A DNA stretch of 61,536 nt, from contig JAFYPW010000017.1 of the NCBI GenBank assembly GCA_017559985.1, positions 1-61,536 of the forward strand, written 5' to 3'. A program made the translations under genes and the position numbers. This document shows positions 1-11,626 of this stretch, piece after piece. Each line of letters opens with the position of its first letter. Within the stretch, counting starts at the first letter, position 1. This stretch comes from Oscillospiraceae bacterium. GTDB taxonomy: Bacteria; Bacillota; Clostridia; Oscillospirales; JAAYXM01. Below the pieces are notes generated by a model that did not search any database, was not told where the DNA came from, and worked only from the letters and a program-made list of their open reading frames with translations.

Positions 1-28
1 AGCGCGTCTGCCATTCCGCCACGCCCGC
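1..28 (-). tRNA. tRNA-Leu-like, 5' part only (runs off window start; anticodon not visible)
   Basis: Minus strand reads GCGGGCGTGGCGGAATGGCAGACGCGCT, the acceptor 5' arm and D-arm typical of tRNA-Leu; 13 bp downstream of the recR stop. Confidence 0.8.
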
Positions 29-41
29 TTCTATTAATTTT

Positions 42-641
42 TCACATCTGTCTTCTGCCTTCGAGGGCTCGCGTGAGCGTCATTTCGTCGGCGTATTCAA
101 GATGACCGCCAACCGGGATACCGTATGCAAGGCGCGTTGCAGTCACTCCAAACGGAGAAAGCAGGCGCGCGATATACATCGCCGTCGCCTCGCCCTCGGT
201 ATCGGGGTTTGTTGCAAGGATAACCTCGCGTATTCCGCCGGCTGAAACTCTTCCTACAAGCTCTTTAATTTTTACATCATCGGGGCCTATTCCGTTCATC
301 GGAGATATGCAACCGTGGAGAACGTGATAGAGCCCGTTATATTCACGCGTTTTTTCAATAGCTGCAACATCTTTCGGGTCAGAAACCACGCATATGACGC
401 TTCTGTCTCGCGCTTCATCCTCACAAAGACTGCAGGTTTCGCTATCAGTTAAGTTCTGACACACTTTGCAGAACTTGACCGTTTTTTTAGCCGAAATTAT
501 CGCATTTGCAAAGCCCTCTGCTTCTGCCTCGGGAAGTGAGAGCACAAAAAAGGCAAGGCGCTGCGCGGTCTTTCTGCCGACGCCCGGAAGCTTCTGAAAC
601 TGCTCTATCAAGTTTTCAACCGGTGCCGTAAAAAAGCGCAT
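42..641 (-). CDS. recR: Recombination mediator RecR
   Basis: LPGVGRKTAQRLAF HhH, CxxC...CxxC zinc finger, YHVLHG, Toprim EVILATNPDTEGEATA. Confidence 0.97.
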   Translation of the reverse strand: MRFFTAPVENLIEQFQKLPGVGRKTAQRLAFFVLSLPEAEAEGFANAIISAKKTVKFCKVCQNLTDSETCSLCEDEARDRSVICVVSDPKDVAAIEKTREYNGLYHVLHGCISPMNGIGPDDVKIKELVGRVSAGGIREVILATNPDTEGEATAMYIARLLSPFGVTATRLAYGIPVGGHLEYADEMTLTRALEGRRQM

Positions 642-660
642 CTTACCCTACCTCCGACTT

Positions 661-996
661 TTAGAACATTCCCGGGAGATTCATTCCTCCGGTGATTTTT
701 TTCATCTCGCCCGCTGCTGCCGTTTCTGCCCGGCTCATCGCCTCGCCTATTGCCGCAACGATGAGGTCTTCGAGCATCTCGACATCATCCGGGTCAACTG
801 CTTCGGGGGCAATTTTTATCGCCGTTACGCGATTTTTACCGTTTACAGTCGCCTCTACCACTCCGCCGCCGGCGCTTGCAGTATATGTCTTCTCTTCAAG
901 CTCTGCCTGCATACGCATCATATCCTGCTGCATCTTCTGAGCCTGCTTTATCATATTCATATTGATTCCGCCACCGGGAAATCCGCCTCTTGCCAT
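661..996 (-). CDS. ybaB: YbaB/EbfC nucleoid-associated protein
   Basis: [26 protein letters not shown]; conserved dnaX-ybaB-recR order. Confidence 0.95.
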   Translation of the reverse strand: MARGGFPGGGINMNMIKQAQKMQQDMMRMQAELEEKTYTASAGGGVVEATVNGKNRVTAIKIAPEAVDPDDVEMLEDLIVAAIGEAMSRAETAAAGEMKKITGGMNLPGMF

Positions 997-1009
997 AACC
1001 TTTTTCTCC

Positions 1010-2608
1010 TTACTTTATTGTTAAGCCTTCCATTCCTTCAAGCCCCGATAGGAGCTCGTCAAGGCCGCTTGTTTCCTGCTTTTTTTCTTTATTTGCCTGT
1101 CTGCCCACGGTAAGGGCAATCCCGTCTGCCACATCATTCGCCACCGCGCGCAAGGTGTCCATATTCTCGGCTCTCGTGAGCATCTGAAGCACAAACGCGT
1201 TCTCGCTCGAAAGAGAGAGGATGTGCCCCGAAAGCTCTGCCTTTACAGACTTAAAAAGAGGTGTTACACCCGGAGAGAGCTTACTTTCCGCCGCGGCAAG
1301 TATCTTTTGCCAGATTGCATCGCCACCTGCGCAAGTTTCCTCTTTCACAGGCTTTTCAACCTTTTTCGCCGGAGTCTTTTCAGTCTCCGGTTCTTCTTTA
1401 TTCTGTGGCTCAGGTTTTTTCTCTTCTGTCTTTTTTTCTGTGGGTTTTACCGTCACAACAGAGCCTTGAAGTTTCCTTTCAAGCTCGGATATTCTTGATA
1501 TTAACGCGTCACAATCCATCACGCCTGCACTTTCGCAGATGCGGACACAGCAAAGCTCTGCATCAATTCTCTTATTCGGACTTGCCGCGATTGCGCCCGT
1601 TGCATTCTGCAATGCTTCAATGGCACTACAAAGACGGACATTGTCAAACTTGTCGGCAAGTGAATTAAGCTCACCTTCGGTATATCTTGCGCTCACGCGG
1701 GCGATATTTGTTCCGTCGTCAGCTTTGAGTATGAGCACATCACGGAAAATAGCCGCAATCTCATTTAAAACGGAGGTTATATTCTTTCCGCCGGTATAAA
1801 TCTCATTGAGCGACACGAGAGCTCCTTTAAGGTCGCGCTCGGAAAGAGCCCTTGCAAGGGAGAGTGTTTCAAGCCTTCCCGCATAACCCACTACGTTTTC
1901 AACCGTTTCTGCCGTGACGTTTCCGCCGCCGACGGATATACACTGGTCAAGAAGTGAAAGCGCATCGCGCATTGCTCCGTCCGCAAGACTTGCTATGTAC
2001 GACGCGGCGTCCTCTGAAAGGGTTGCGCCCTCGCTTCTTGCAATAAACATCATACGGTCTGCAATGACAGAAACAGGAACGCGCTTGAAAATAAATCTCT
2101 GGCAACGCGAAGCCACCGTCGCGGGGACTTTATGAAGCTCTGTCGTTGCAAGAATGAAAACAACGTGCTCGGGAGGCTCTTCCATAATCTTTAACAGTGC
2201 ATTGAACGCACTTGATGAAAACATATGGACCTCGTCTATTATATACACTCTCTTCTTCGCATTGGCGGGAGAGTACACCGCCTCGTCGCGCAGCTCGCGG
2301 ACATAATCTACACCGTTGTTTGATGCAGCGTCTATTTCAACTATATCTAAAACTTCTCCGCTTGTGATGCCGAGGCAGGTAGGGCATTTATTGCAGGGGT
2401 TTCCGTGAAACGGATTTTCACAGTTTACTGCCTTTGCGAGAATTTTGGCGCAGGTAGTCTTGCCCGTTCCGCGCGAGCCTGAGAACAAATATGCGTGGGA
2501 GGTCTTTCCCGTTTCGACCTGCTTTGTGAGCGTGTCGCATATGGCGGACTGCCCGACAACATCGGCAAAGCTCTGCGGTCTCCATTTTCTGTACAGCGCC
2601 TGATACAT
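1010..2608 (-). CDS. dnaX: DNA polymerase III subunit gamma/tau
   Basis: [11 protein letters not shown] start, Walker A GSRGTGKT, zinc-binding Cys, [17 protein letters not shown] motif. Confidence 0.97.
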   Translation of the reverse strand: MYQALYRKWRPQSFADVVGQSAICDTLTKQVETGKTSHAYLFSGSRGTGKTTCAKILAKAVNCENPFHGNPCNKCPTCLGITSGEVLDIVEIDAASNNGVDYVRELRDEAVYSPANAKKRVYIIDEVHMFSSSAFNALLKIMEEPPEHVVFILATTELHKVPATVASRCQRFIFKRVPVSVIADRMMFIARSEGATLSEDAASYIASLADGAMRDALSLLDQCISVGGGNVTAETVENVVGYAGRLETLSLARALSERDLKGALVSLNEIYTGGKNITSVLNEIAAIFRDVLILKADDGTNIARVSARYTEGELNSLADKFDNVRLCSAIEALQNATGAIAASPNKRIDAELCCVRICESAGVMDCDALISRISELERKLQGSVVTVKPTEKKTEEKKPEPQNKEEPETEKTPAKKVEKPVKEETCAGGDAIWQKILAAAESKLSPGVTPLFKSVKAELSGHILSLSSENAFVLQMLTRAENMDTLRAVANDVADGIALTVGRQANKEKKQETSGLDELLSGLEGMEGLTIK

Positions 2609-2642
2609 CCTTATCTACCTCTGTTTTGTTCTGACCCATTGC

Positions 2643-2917
2643 ACGACCGCACACCCACACCTCGACAACACAGGCATGTGCGGAATTTATATGACCGACT
2701 CAAAACCGGCACGCCTGCGGCACACAAAGAAAACCGCTTAATGCTGCTCGGTTCCCCGCCTGACATGGTTCACAGCCCTTCGCTGCGCAGGACCGGTTTC
2801 TCAACACCGTTCATATAACCCTGCCACACGACCCGGAAGCCTCAGAGCGGGAATTCCCCCCTGCTATAGCGGATTGCAGGTACAGGGCACCGCTGACTCC
2901 CCGGATAGTGCGGTCTT
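2643..2917 (-). ncRNA. ffs: Signal recognition particle RNA, large Bacillus/Clostridium type with Alu domain (ends approximate)
   Basis: Alu-type GGGGAGTCAGCGGTGCCCTGTACCTGCAATCCGCTATAGCAGGG and S-domain helix GTGAACCATGTCAGGCGGGGAACCGAGCAGCATTAAG; terminal complementarity; position upstream of dnaX as for B. subtilis scr. Confidence 0.92.
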
Positions 2918-2944
2918 GCAACGGGTCAGAATATTTGTTTTTAT

Positions 2945-3955
2945 TTAAAGCAATTTGATTCCTGCTGCTTTGCAGACCTCAACATCTGCTGCCGGCCACA
3001 CCGACGACTGAACCTCGCCGATATGCGCGCAGTCAAGCATATACATACAAAGACGCGACTGACCTATTCCTCCGCCAATTGTATAAGGAAGCTTTCCCTC
3101 TACAAGAGCCTTCTGGAACGGAAGCTCAAGCCTGTCTTCACAACCCTCTGCACGAAGCTGGGAAACAAGCGCAGCCTCGTCAACCCTGATGCCCATTGAG
3201 GAAATCTCAAATGCGCAGTCAAGGAGCGGATAATAAAGAACTATATCGCCATTAAGAGTCCAATCGTCATAGTCAGGTGCGCGGCCGTCGTGCTTACCGC
3301 CGTTTTTGAGCCTTCCGCCTATCTGCGAAATAAACACAGCGCCATACTCGCGGGCAATCGCGTGTTCGCGCTCTTTTCCGGTAAGATTGGGATATTTCTC
3401 TTCAAGCTCGTATGTCGAGAAGAAAGCTATCTCATCGGGCAACTTTTTCTGTGTACCGAAGCAGTCTGAAACCTCGCGCTCGGCATCGCGGACAACATTA
3501 TATATTTTGCGCACAATATCCTGCAAAAATTCAGTGGTGCGCTGCTCTTTTGAAATGACAAGCTCCCAGTCCCACTGGTCAACATAGATGGAGTGGAGGT
3601 TATCCGTCATCTCATCGCGGCGGATGGCGTTCATATCGGTATAAAGACCTTCGCCGACAGAGAAGCCGTAATTTGCAAGTGCCATTCTCTTCCACTTGGC
3701 AAGAGAGTGAACTATTTCATAGACGCTTCCGGGCTGTTCCAAAAGGTCAAACACAACGGGGCGCTCAATACCGTTTAAGTTATCGTTGAGCCCCATCCCG
3801 CTCTTTACGAAGAGCGGAGCGCTGACACGCTCGAGCTTTAATGCCTTTGCAAGGCGTTGCTCGAACATATCCTTTATCATCTTCACTCCGCGCTCGGTGT
3901 CGCGGATTGACATTTTTCTGTTATAGCCCTCGGGCAGAATAAGTCTTTCTTTCAT
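2945..3955 (-). CDS. asnA: Aspartate--ammonia ligase (asparagine synthetase A)
   Basis: VHSLAKWKR, HSIYVDQWDWE, HDGRAPDYDDW, TIGGGIGQSR. Confidence 0.96.
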   Translation of the reverse strand: MKERLILPEGYNRKMSIRDTERGVKMIKDMFEQRLAKALKLERVSAPLFVKSGMGLNDNLNGIERPVVFDLLEQPGSVYEIVHSLAKWKRMALANYGFSVGEGLYTDMNAIRRDEMTDNLHSIYVDQWDWELVISKEQRTTEFLQDIVRKIYNVVRDAEREVSDCFGTQKKLPDEIAFFSTYELEEKYPNLTGKEREHAIAREYGAVFISQIGGRLKNGGKHDGRAPDYDDWTLNGDIVLYYPLLDCAFEISSMGIRVDEAALVSQLRAEGCEDRLELPFQKALVEGKLPYTIGGGIGQSRLCMYMLDCAHIGEVQSSVWPAADVEVCKAAGIKLL

Positions 3956-3968
3956 ACTGTTTTTTCCT

Positions 3969-5297
3969 TTAATACTTTATAAGATAGCGATTGACCTCCC
4001 ACTGATGAACGGTGGTGGTGTATTCGTGCCACTCGCGGCGCTTCGCCTCTATGTATTTCGGTGCAATATGGTCACCTATCGTTTTAAGCATAAGCTCGTC
4101 GCGCTCGAATTCGTCAACAGCCTCGGAAAGGTTCTTCGGAAGCGCGCGGATGTTGTTCTTTTTAAGCTCTTCCTTTGACATTTCGAAGATGTTTGTTTCG
4201 ACAGACGGCGGCGGAGTGAGATTTTTCTTTATTCCGTCAAGACCTGCCGCAAGCACTGCCGCAAAAGCGAGATACGGGTTTGCCGCAGGGTCGGGGTTTC
4301 TTATCTCAATTCTCGTGCCCTCGCCCGATGCGCTCGGAACACGGACAAGCGGGCTTCTGTTCTTTGCAGACCACGCAATATGGACAGGTGCTTCATATCC
4401 CGCAACAAGTCTCTTATATGAGTTTACAAGAGGGTTTGTAACTGCGCTCATTCCGCGTGAATGCTATATCACGCCTGCTATGAAGCAATATGCGTCGTGG
4501 CTTAAACCAAGCTTGTCGTCCGGGTTATAGAATACATTCTTTCCGTTTTTTGAAAGTGATATATTTATATGCATACCCGAACCGCATATTCCGTATATGG
4601 GCTTTGGCATAAACGTTGCGTGGAGGCCGTTTTTGTGCGCAATAGTCTTGACTAAAAGCTTAAAAGTGATTATATTATCGGCAGTTGTGAGCGCTTCGCC
4701 GTATTTAAAATCAATCTCGTGCTGGCTGTCTGCATTTTCGTGATGTGAGGCTTCGATTTCAAAACCCATTTCTTCAAGATATTTGCACATCTCGCGGCGG
4801 ACGCTCTCATCCGTATCAACGGGACCTAAGTCAAAATATCCTGCACGGTCGTTTCTTATCGCGGTGGGATTTCCGTTTTCGTCCGTTTTAAAGAGGAAGA
4901 ATTCCGCCTCAGGGCCTATATTTACCGTGTATCCCATATCGGCAGCTTCAGAAAGCACTTTTTTGAGAACACAGCGCGGGTCGCCCATAAACGGATTTCC
5001 CTTTGTGTCGTAAACATCGCAGATGAGGCGGGCAACCTTTCCGCCCTCGTTTATCCACGGAAGAATACAGAAGGAGTTTAAATCGGGATACAGATACATA
5101 TCCGACTCCTCAACACGGACAAAGCCCTCAATGGAAGAGCCATCGAACATACACTTGTTGTCAAGTGCACGCGAAAGCTGTCGTGCGGTTATTGAAATAT
5201 TTTTCATTGTTCCGAAAATATCGGTAAATTGGAGACGGATAAACCTGACGTCCTCTTCTTTAACTATTCTTTCTATATCCTCACGAGTATAACCCAT
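3969..5297 (-). pseudogene. glnA: Glutamine synthetase type I, one reading frame interrupted by an in-frame TAG at 4464-4466 (nonsense mutation, assembly error or readthrough)
   Basis: ORFs 4464-5297 and 3969-4451 share a frame: ...FIAGVI*HSRGMSAVTNPLVNSYKRL; joined length 442 codons; [34 protein letters not shown] motifs intact. Confidence 0.85.
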
Positions 5298-5331
5298 AAC
5301 GGCACCTCCGCCTTTTCTTGATTAATTTATT

Positions 5332-5360
5332 ATTTTACCATAAAAACCTTGTTTTTTCAA
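5332..5360 (-). promoter_or_regulatory. Sigma-A-type promoter for glnA
   Basis: TTGAAA-17 nt-TAAAAT with extended -10 TG; GGAGGTG RBS before the glnA ATG. Confidence 0.6.
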
Positions 5361-6358
5361 GAGCGTTCTATCACGACAGAGAAGCCGGAAAGCGCGTCAC
5401 TCTCAAAAACCCGAACGGAAGAAAAGCCGGTCTCCTCCGTAAGTTTTTTAATGTTTGCTCTTTTCTGACCGACACACGCGGACTTTTTTCCGCGTGCAAC
5501 GTATATGTTTATATTTTCCCCGGAAATACCCTTTTCTTCCGCTTCTTTCCGTATTCTCTGAAAAAACCTCTCTGACATCGCCATTTCGCCGAGCGCGGGG
5601 TGATATGCGCCACAAACGGCATCGCCTGCGGAAAGCTCGTCTGACGGGTTGAGCCCGAAGCGTATTACGGGGATGTTTTCTTCATCAAATATTTCAAGTA
5701 TCTCCGCGCCAAGCCTTGCTGCCTCCTTGGGAGTTGCGGGGATATACTCCCCTTTCTGCATAAGCGAAAGGAGCGCGGTATCTTTTATAACAACCGTCGG
5801 ATAAACGCGCACGCCATCGGGGTTAAGCTTTGCTATTTCTCGCGCGGTGTAAATATCCTTTTGTTCATCACTTCCGGGAAGGTGCGTCATCATTTGCAGG
5901 ATGAGCGAAAAACCGTACCTGCGGACAAGCTTTGCAGCATTGCGCGCATCAAATGCCGTATGCCCTCTGCCGGATTTCAGGAGCACGTCTTCATCCATAG
6001 ACTGAACACCGAGCTCTATCGTCTTTACACCTTTTTCGCGAAGAAGAGACAACACTTCGTCATCAATGCAATCGGGTCTTGTCGAGAGTCGGATTGAAGA
6101 AATTTCTCCGCTTTCAATATACGGCGCGACGGCATCAAGATACGCCGTCATATCAGGCCCCGATATTGCGGTAAAGCTTCCGCCGTAAAACGCAACCTCG
6201 GCTCTGCTTTTTATTTTTGCAAGAGCTTCTTCAATAATTTTTGTTACATCCTCTGCCGTCGGTGGTGCAATCGTTCCCGCTATCTTTTTCTGATTGCAGA
6301 AAACACAGTCGTGCGGGCAGCCGACATGCGGAATGAAAACCGGGATTATCGCACCCAT
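5357..6358 (-). CDS. Radical SAM protein, Elp3-like, without obvious acetyltransferase domain
   Basis: CPHDCVFC (CxxxCxxC), FYGGSFT, STRPD, IELGVQS; start overlaps the rnc stop. Confidence 0.85.
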   Translation of the reverse strand: MGAIIPVFIPHVGCPHDCVFCNQKKIAGTIAPPTAEDVTKIIEEALAKIKSRAEVAFYGGSFTAISGPDMTAYLDAVAPYIESGEISSIRLSTRPDCIDDEVLSLLREKGVKTIELGVQSMDEDVLLKSGRGHTAFDARNAAKLVRRYGFSLILQMMTHLPGSDEQKDIYTAREIAKLNPDGVRVYPTVVIKDTALLSLMQKGEYIPATPKEAARLGAEILEIFDEENIPVIRFGLNPSDELSAGDAVCGAYHPALGEMAMSERFFQRIRKEAEEKGISGENINIYVARGKKSACVGQKRANIKKLTEETGFSSVRVFESDALSGFSVVIERS

Positions 6359-7065
6359 TATTCCATACCCATAAGCTTCAAAGCTTCGCGCGCCGCCATC
6401 TGTTCGGCTTCCTTCTTACTGTGTCCTACTCCGCGACCGATTGGGTTACTGTTTATCATTACCTCAACGATAAAGTTCCGTTCGTGGTCAGGCCCGTTTG
6501 AGTCAAGCATTCTGTATGAAAGCTTCTCACCGCGGTTTTTCTGAACAATCTCCTGAAGCGTTGTTTTATAGTCTGTAACGCTCCACTCGCCGCCGCGTGC
6601 CGCACAGAAAACAAAGCGTTCTATAAACCGCCGTGCCTCTTCTTCACCGGAATCAAGATAAATCGCACCGATTACCGCCTCAAACGCGTCGGCAAGGATA
6701 GAGTCGCGGTCTCTTCCGCCGCCGCTTTCCTCGCCGTGGCCGAGACGCAGCTCGCGTCCCAGCCCGATCTCACGGGCTCGCTCGCACAGAGCACCTGTGC
6801 AAACAAGCGAGGAGCGCATTTTCGTAAGCTCTCCTTCCGGCTCGTCGGGGTATTTTTCAAACAGATACAGCGCCGTATTCATGCCAAGAACAGAATCGCC
6901 CAGAAATTCCAGGCGTTCGTTATCGAGCACGTTTGCGGCGCGGTTTTCGTTTGCATATGAGCTGTGCGTTACGGCACGGATAAACAGCTCGCGGTTTTTG
7001 AACTTATACCCTATTTTCTTTTCAAAGCGTTCTGCATCCGGTTTTGCGGGAGTCTTACTCATCAC
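6358..7065 (-). CDS. rnc: Ribonuclease III
   Basis: NERLEFLGDSVL signature, ADAFEAVIGAIYLD, C-terminal dsRBD (DYKTTLQE...SKKEAEQMAA). Confidence 0.97.
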   Translation of the reverse strand: MMSKTPAKPDAERFEKKIGYKFKNRELFIRAVTHSSYANENRAANVLDNERLEFLGDSVLGMNTALYLFEKYPDEPEGELTKMRSSLVCTGALCERAREIGLGRELRLGHGEESGGGRDRDSILADAFEAVIGAIYLDSGEEEARRFIERFVFCAARGGEWSVTDYKTTLQEIVQKNRGEKLSYRMLDSNGPDHERNFIVEVMINSNPIGRGVGHSKKEAEQMAAREALKLMGME

Positions 7066-8080
7066 TCGTCTCTTCTCCTTTAAGGCTGCTTGAAAGCTTT
7101 ATCGTCATCCCTGAGTCTATATAGTCTATCGCCTGAATAACGGCATTACGGAGAGCTTTTGCCTTTGCAGAGCCGTGCGCCTTTATTACCGGCTTTCTCA
7201 CACCGAGAAGAGGCGCGCCGCCTGCTTCGTTATAGTCAATCTTCTGTTTGAAGCTGCCTATATGCTTTCTGACAAGAAGTGCGGCAATCTTTCCTGCAAA
7301 CGAGCCCATAAACATGCCTTTGAGCTCACGCGCAAAGAACATACCGACTCCTTCCATAGTTTTAAGATAAACATTTCCTGAAAAACCGTCGGCAACTATA
7401 ACATCAGCACTTCCGAGAGGGCCGTCGCGGCCTTCAATGTTTCCGACAAAGTTTATTTCTCCGCGCTCCGCCGCTTCCGAGAGAAGCTTATGCGCCTGGC
7501 GATGCACTTCATCGCCCTTATGCGCTTCTGCACCATTGTTGAGAAGACCGATGCGCGGATTCTTTATACCGAGCGCATTCTCTGAGTAAAACGCACCCAT
7601 AAGCGCAAACTGGTAAAGATATTCCGGTGTGCACTCTGCATTTGCGCCGCTGTCTATGAGGAGTGCCACACCCTCTGCCGTTGGGATGACAGGAGCAAGT
7701 GCTGCACGGCGGATTCCGCGGATTCTTTTAACGATGAGTGTTGCCTGGGTAAGAAGTGCGCCGGTGTTGCCTGCGCTGACAAGCGCATCACCCTTGCCGT
7801 CTGCAAGAAGCTTCAACGCAACAGTCATGGAAGCGCCGGGTTTCTGCTTCATTACGGCAAGCGGGTCGTCCTCCATCTCAACGACCTCCTCGGCATTTAC
7901 TACCGATATGTTCTTTTTATACTCGTTTCCCGGGTCCTCGGCTTTGAGGTGCTTTCTTATCTCCTCTTCTTTGCCGACGAGGACAATGTCAATATCAAGC
8001 TCGTCAATTGCCATAATAGCGCCACGGACGAATTCTCCTGCGCCATTATCACTTCCCATTGTATCAAGAATTATTCTCAT
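7055..8080 (-). CDS. plsX: Phosphate acyltransferase PlsX
   Basis: [43 protein letters not shown]. Confidence 0.96.
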   Translation of the reverse strand: MRIILDTMGSDNGAGEFVRGAIMAIDELDIDIVLVGKEEEIRKHLKAEDPGNEYKKNISVVNAEEVVEMEDDPLAVMKQKPGASMTVALKLLADGKGDALVSAGNTGALLTQATLIVKRIRGIRRAALAPVIPTAEGVALLIDSGANAECTPEYLYQFALMGAFYSENALGIKNPRIGLLNNGAEAHKGDEVHRQAHKLLSEAAERGEINFVGNIEGRDGPLGSADVIVADGFSGNVYLKTMEGVGMFFARELKGMFMGSFAGKIAALLVRKHIGSFKQKIDYNEAGGAPLLGVRKPVIKAHGSAKAKALRNAVIQAIDYIDSGMTIKLSSSLKGEETSDE

Positions 8081-9416
8081 CGTTTTTCCCCATTCCGTTA
8101 TATTTTTCTCTTATATTTTCTATTATGTCCAACGACCGCTTTGCAAGAATGGCATTTTTTTCTTTTTTTATCTTTATCCGTACATCGAGCGGTGGCATTA
8201 TTCCAAAGTTTATGTTCATCGGCTGAAAATCGCCGACACTTCCCGAGCTTACATATATTCCGAGCGCACCGATTGCCGTCTCCCGGGGAAATTCGGGCGG
8301 CTTTTCCCCGAAAATCTTGCAGGCGAGCGAAAGGCCCGCATAAAGCCCGGATGCGGCAGACTCAACATAGCCTTCAACACCCGTCATCTGCCCTGCAAAG
8401 AAGAGCATATCGTCGCGTTTTGTGCTGTAATCAGCATCGAGAAGCCCCGGTGATTTGATGTATGTATTTCTGTGCATAACGCCGTATCTCACAAACTCTG
8501 CGTTTTTAAGTGCAGGTATCATCGAAAACACGCGCTTCTGCTCTCCAAACTTCAAGTGGGTCTGGAAACCGACCATATTGTACAGCGTTCCCTCGCGGTT
8601 GTCGCGGCGAAGCTGAACCACAGCATACGGAGTTATCTCCGTGCCCGGCAGCCGAAGTCCCACGGGCTTCATCGGTCCGTAGCGCAAAGTTTCATATCCG
8701 CGGCGCGCCATAACCTCACACGGCATACATCCCTCAAAAACGCGGTCGGTTTCAAAGCCGTGAACCTCGGCGCATTCCGCCGTTATGAGCGCTTCATAAA
8801 ACTTGCGGTATTCCTCCTCGGTCATCGGGCAGTTTATATAATCTGCGCTGCCCTTGTCATATCTTGATTTGAAATATGCGCTCTCCATATCGACACTTTC
8901 AAATGTAACTATGGGCGCGGCGGCGTCAAAAAAGCTTAAATAAGCTTCTCCGCCGAGATATGTGCGGATGGATTCGGAAAGCGCTTTTTCCGTAAGCGGC
9001 CCCGTCGCAACGATGAGCGGGCGCGTTTTTGGAAGCTCTGAAATTTCTTCTTCAATAACAGTTATGTTTTTATGACTGCGTATTTTTTCTGTTATATACG
9101 CAGAAAACCGCTCACGGTCAACCGCAAGCGCACCGCCGGCAGGCGTTCTTGTCTCGTCTGCCGCCTGCATTATGAGTGAGTCAAGCCGTCTCATCTCCTC
9201 TTTGAGAAGACCGACGGCATTTTCTACATTTGCTGCACGGAGAGAGTTTGAACAGACAAGCTCAGCAAAGCCCTCGCTCTTATGTGCAGGGCTTTTTTTG
9301 TTCGGCTTCATTTCATAAAGCGAAACCTTTATTCCGCGCACCGCAAGTTGCCACGCGGCTTCACAACCCGCAAGCCCCGCGCCTATGACGGTTGCTTTTT
9401 TTTCTTTACTTACCAC
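8064..9416 (-). CDS. trmFO: tRNA (uracil-5-)-methyltransferase TrmFO (Gid); probable GTG start at 9416
   Basis: [52 protein letters not shown]; the ORF-track extension to 9620 lies inside topA. Confidence 0.95.
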   Translation of the reverse strand: MVSKEKKATVIGAGLAGCEAAWQLAVRGIKVSLYEMKPNKKSPAHKSEGFAELVCSNSLRAANVENAVGLLKEEMRRLDSLIMQAADETRTPAGGALAVDRERFSAYITEKIRSHKNITVIEEEISELPKTRPLIVATGPLTEKALSESIRTYLGGEAYLSFFDAAAPIVTFESVDMESAYFKSRYDKGSADYINCPMTEEEYRKFYEALITAECAEVHGFETDRVFEGCMPCEVMARRGYETLRYGPMKPVGLRLPGTEITPYAVVQLRRDNREGTLYNMVGFQTHLKFGEQKRVFSMIPALKNAEFVRYGVMHRNTYIKSPGLLDADYSTKRDDMLFFAGQMTGVEGYVESAASGLYAGLSLACKIFGEKPPEFPRETAIGALGIYVSSGSVGDFQPMNINFGIMPPLDVRIKIKKEKNAILAKRSLDIIENIREKYNGMGKNDENNS

Positions 9417-11586
9417 TCTTTTTCTCCGTTTTTTTCGTTGTCGACTTTTTTGTTGTTTTCTTTGCCTTTTTCTTTGGCTTTTCCGTTTCTTTCTTCTTGT
9501 ATTCCTGCGGCTCGTACTTTTCGCAGTCCGGATTTGCACAGAAAAGCTTCTTCGGGCCACGACCGGAGCGCTTATAAAGTGTTTTTCCGCAAACCTCGCA
9601 CTTTTCTGCCTGCGGGACATCCCACGTCATAAACGTACATTCGGGGAATTTCTCGCAGCCGTAGTACCAGTATCCGTTTTTGGACTTCTTCTTCATGATC
9701 TGTCCGCCACACTTCGGGCATTCTCCCGGAGTTTTTTCGACTATCGCCATTGTGTTCTTACATTCGGGGAAACCGGGGCAGGCAAGGAACTTGCCGAATC
9801 TGCCGGACTTTACGACCATATTCCTTCCGCAAAGGTCACAGACGATGTCGGTTACCTCATCGGGAACTTTAAGGCGCTTTCCTTCAAGCGCGCGTTCCGC
9901 TTCTTCCAGCTCCTTTGCAAACGGACCGTAGAAATCGGAAAGTGTCTTCTTCCAATCCTTGTTTCCTGCTTCTACCTCGTCAAGCTGTTCTTCCATATGC
10001 GCGGTGAACTCGACATCGACGATATCACCGAACTGCTCAACCATAAGCCCGTTTACTACCTCGCCGAGCGGTGTGGGCATAAGGCTCTTCCCCTCTTTGA
10101 CGACATATTCGCGGTCGAGGATTGTGGAGATTGTCGGAGCATAAGTACTCGGTCGACCGACTCCCTTCTCCTCCATAGCCTTGATAAGGCTTCCGTCCGT
10201 ATATCTTGCAGGCGGAGCTGTGAAATGCTGCTCGCTTTTTTCTCCGCAGAATGTGAGCTTCTCGTTTTCGGAAAGATCAGGAAGAACATTCGACTCCGCC
10301 TCTTCAAGCTCTGCCGCCATATCGGAATATACAGCGGTATATCCGCGGAAAGAAATGCGTGAGCTTGTTGCACGGAAAATATATTCCCCTGCGCCGACAT
10401 CAACACTCATTGTGTCATACACAGCGTTTTCCATCTGGCAGGCGACGAAGCGCGACCAGATTATGCGGTAAAGCTTATACTGGTCTGCACTCAGGCTCTT
10501 CTTTATTTTTTCGGGGGTTAACTCAACATATGACGGGCGGATTGCTTCGTGAGCATCCTGCGCGCTCTTCTTCGTTTTGAAAACGCGGCGACTCTTCGGG
10601 CAATACTCTTTTCCGAATGTGTCCGTGATATAGTTTCTCACGGCATAAATTGCCTCATCTGCAATTCGCAAAGAGTCTGTTCTCATATATGTTATAAGAC
10701 CGGTAAAGCCTATACCCTCAACCTCGACACCTTCATAAAGCTGCTGCGCAATGGTCATTGTACGGCTCGGCGACATACCAAATCGGCGGGATGCCTCCTG
10801 TTGGAGCGTGGAGGTGATAAACGGGGGAACAGGAGAACGCCTCTTTTCTCCGCGCTTTATGCTCTTCACGAAGAAATCTGCACCCTTTATACTCTCGATT
10901 ATCTTATCGGTTTCCTCGGCAGATGACGGCTCTATCTTCTTTTTTTCCGTGCCGTAAAACTTTGCGCCAAACTCACCTTCAAGCGGTGCAATTCGTGAAA
11001 ACGCGGCATCTATCGTCCAGAATTCTCTTGGCACGAATTCGCGGATTTCGTTTTCGCGGTCAATTACAAGACGCGTCGCGACAGACTGAACTCTGCCGGC
11101 AGACAGACCATAACGCACCTTTTTCCAGAGAAGCGGAGAAAGCTTGTATCCTACGATTCTGTCAAGGAGGCGGCGTGCCTGCTGTGCATTGACGAGGTTT
11201 TCATCAATATCACGCGGCTTCTTTATGCCCTCACAGATTGCGTTTTTTGTAATCTCGTTAAAGGTTACGCGCTTCGTCTTTTTATCGTCAAGCCCCAGAA
11301 GCTCCTTTAAGTGCCACGAGATTGCCTCACCCTCACGGTCAGGGTCAGTTGCAAGGTATATTGCCTCGCTTTCCTCTGCGAGCGCACGAAGCTCTTTTAT
11401 GAGCGCGCTCTTACCGCGTATGGCAAGATATCTGGGCACAAAGCCACCCTCTATATCTATTCCTATATCACTTTTGGGAAGGTCGCGGAGATGTCCCATA
11501 GAAGCTTTTACCTTATACTTGCTTCCAAGATGCTTTCCTATTGTTTTTACCTTGGTGGGAGACTCCACTATTACGAGATATGACAT
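9406..11586 (-). CDS. topA: DNA topoisomerase I
   Basis: [40 protein letters not shown]-terminal zinc ribbons and Lys-rich tail. Confidence 0.97.
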   Translation of the reverse strand: MSYLVIVESPTKVKTIGKHLGSKYKVKASMGHLRDLPKSDIGIDIEGGFVPRYLAIRGKSALIKELRALAEESEAIYLATDPDREGEAISWHLKELLGLDDKKTKRVTFNEITKNAICEGIKKPRDIDENLVNAQQARRLLDRIVGYKLSPLLWKKVRYGLSAGRVQSVATRLVIDRENEIREFVPREFWTIDAAFSRIAPLEGEFGAKFYGTEKKKIEPSSAEETDKIIESIKGADFFVKSIKRGEKRRSPVPPFITSTLQQEASRRFGMSPSRTMTIAQQLYEGVEVEGIGFTGLITYMRTDSLRIADEAIYAVRNYITDTFGKEYCPKSRRVFKTKKSAQDAHEAIRPSYVELTPEKIKKSLSADQYKLYRIIWSRFVACQMENAVYDTMSVDVGAGEYIFRATSSRISFRGYTAVYSDMAAELEEAESNVLPDLSENEKLTFCGEKSEQHFTAPPARYTDGSLIKAMEEKGVGRPSTYAPTISTILDREYVVKEGKSLMPTPLGEVVNGLMVEQFGDIVDVEFTAHMEEQLDEVEAGNKDWKKTLSDFYGPFAKELEEAERALEGKRLKVPDEVTDIVCDLCGRNMVVKSGRFGKFLACPGFPECKNTMAIVEKTPGECPKCGGQIMKKKSKNGYWYYGCEKFPECTFMTWDVPQAEKCEVCGKTLYKRSGRGPKKLFCANPDCEKYEPQEYKKKETEKPKKKAKKTTKKSTTKKTEKKSGK

Positions 11587-11626
11587 ATTTTTTCTCCGTT
11601 TCTGCCGCACTCCTTACGGCCTTGGA

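Noticed and set aside
2495-2818. 107-aa and 80-aa ORFs near the dnaX start
   Set aside because: They overlap dnaX and the SRP RNA, which explain the sequence.
3969-4451. The 160-aa glnA C-terminal ORF as an independent gene, or a frameshift
   Set aside because: It is in the same frame as the upstream half, has no convincing RBS, and the split cuts the catalytic domain.
9406-9620. Basic N-terminal extension on TrmFO (likewise extensions on lysS, ylxQ, yycJ, rlmH, rpsT)
   Set aside because: Longest-ORF artefacts that overlap upstream genes or promoters; downstream starts have better RBS and family-typical N-termini.
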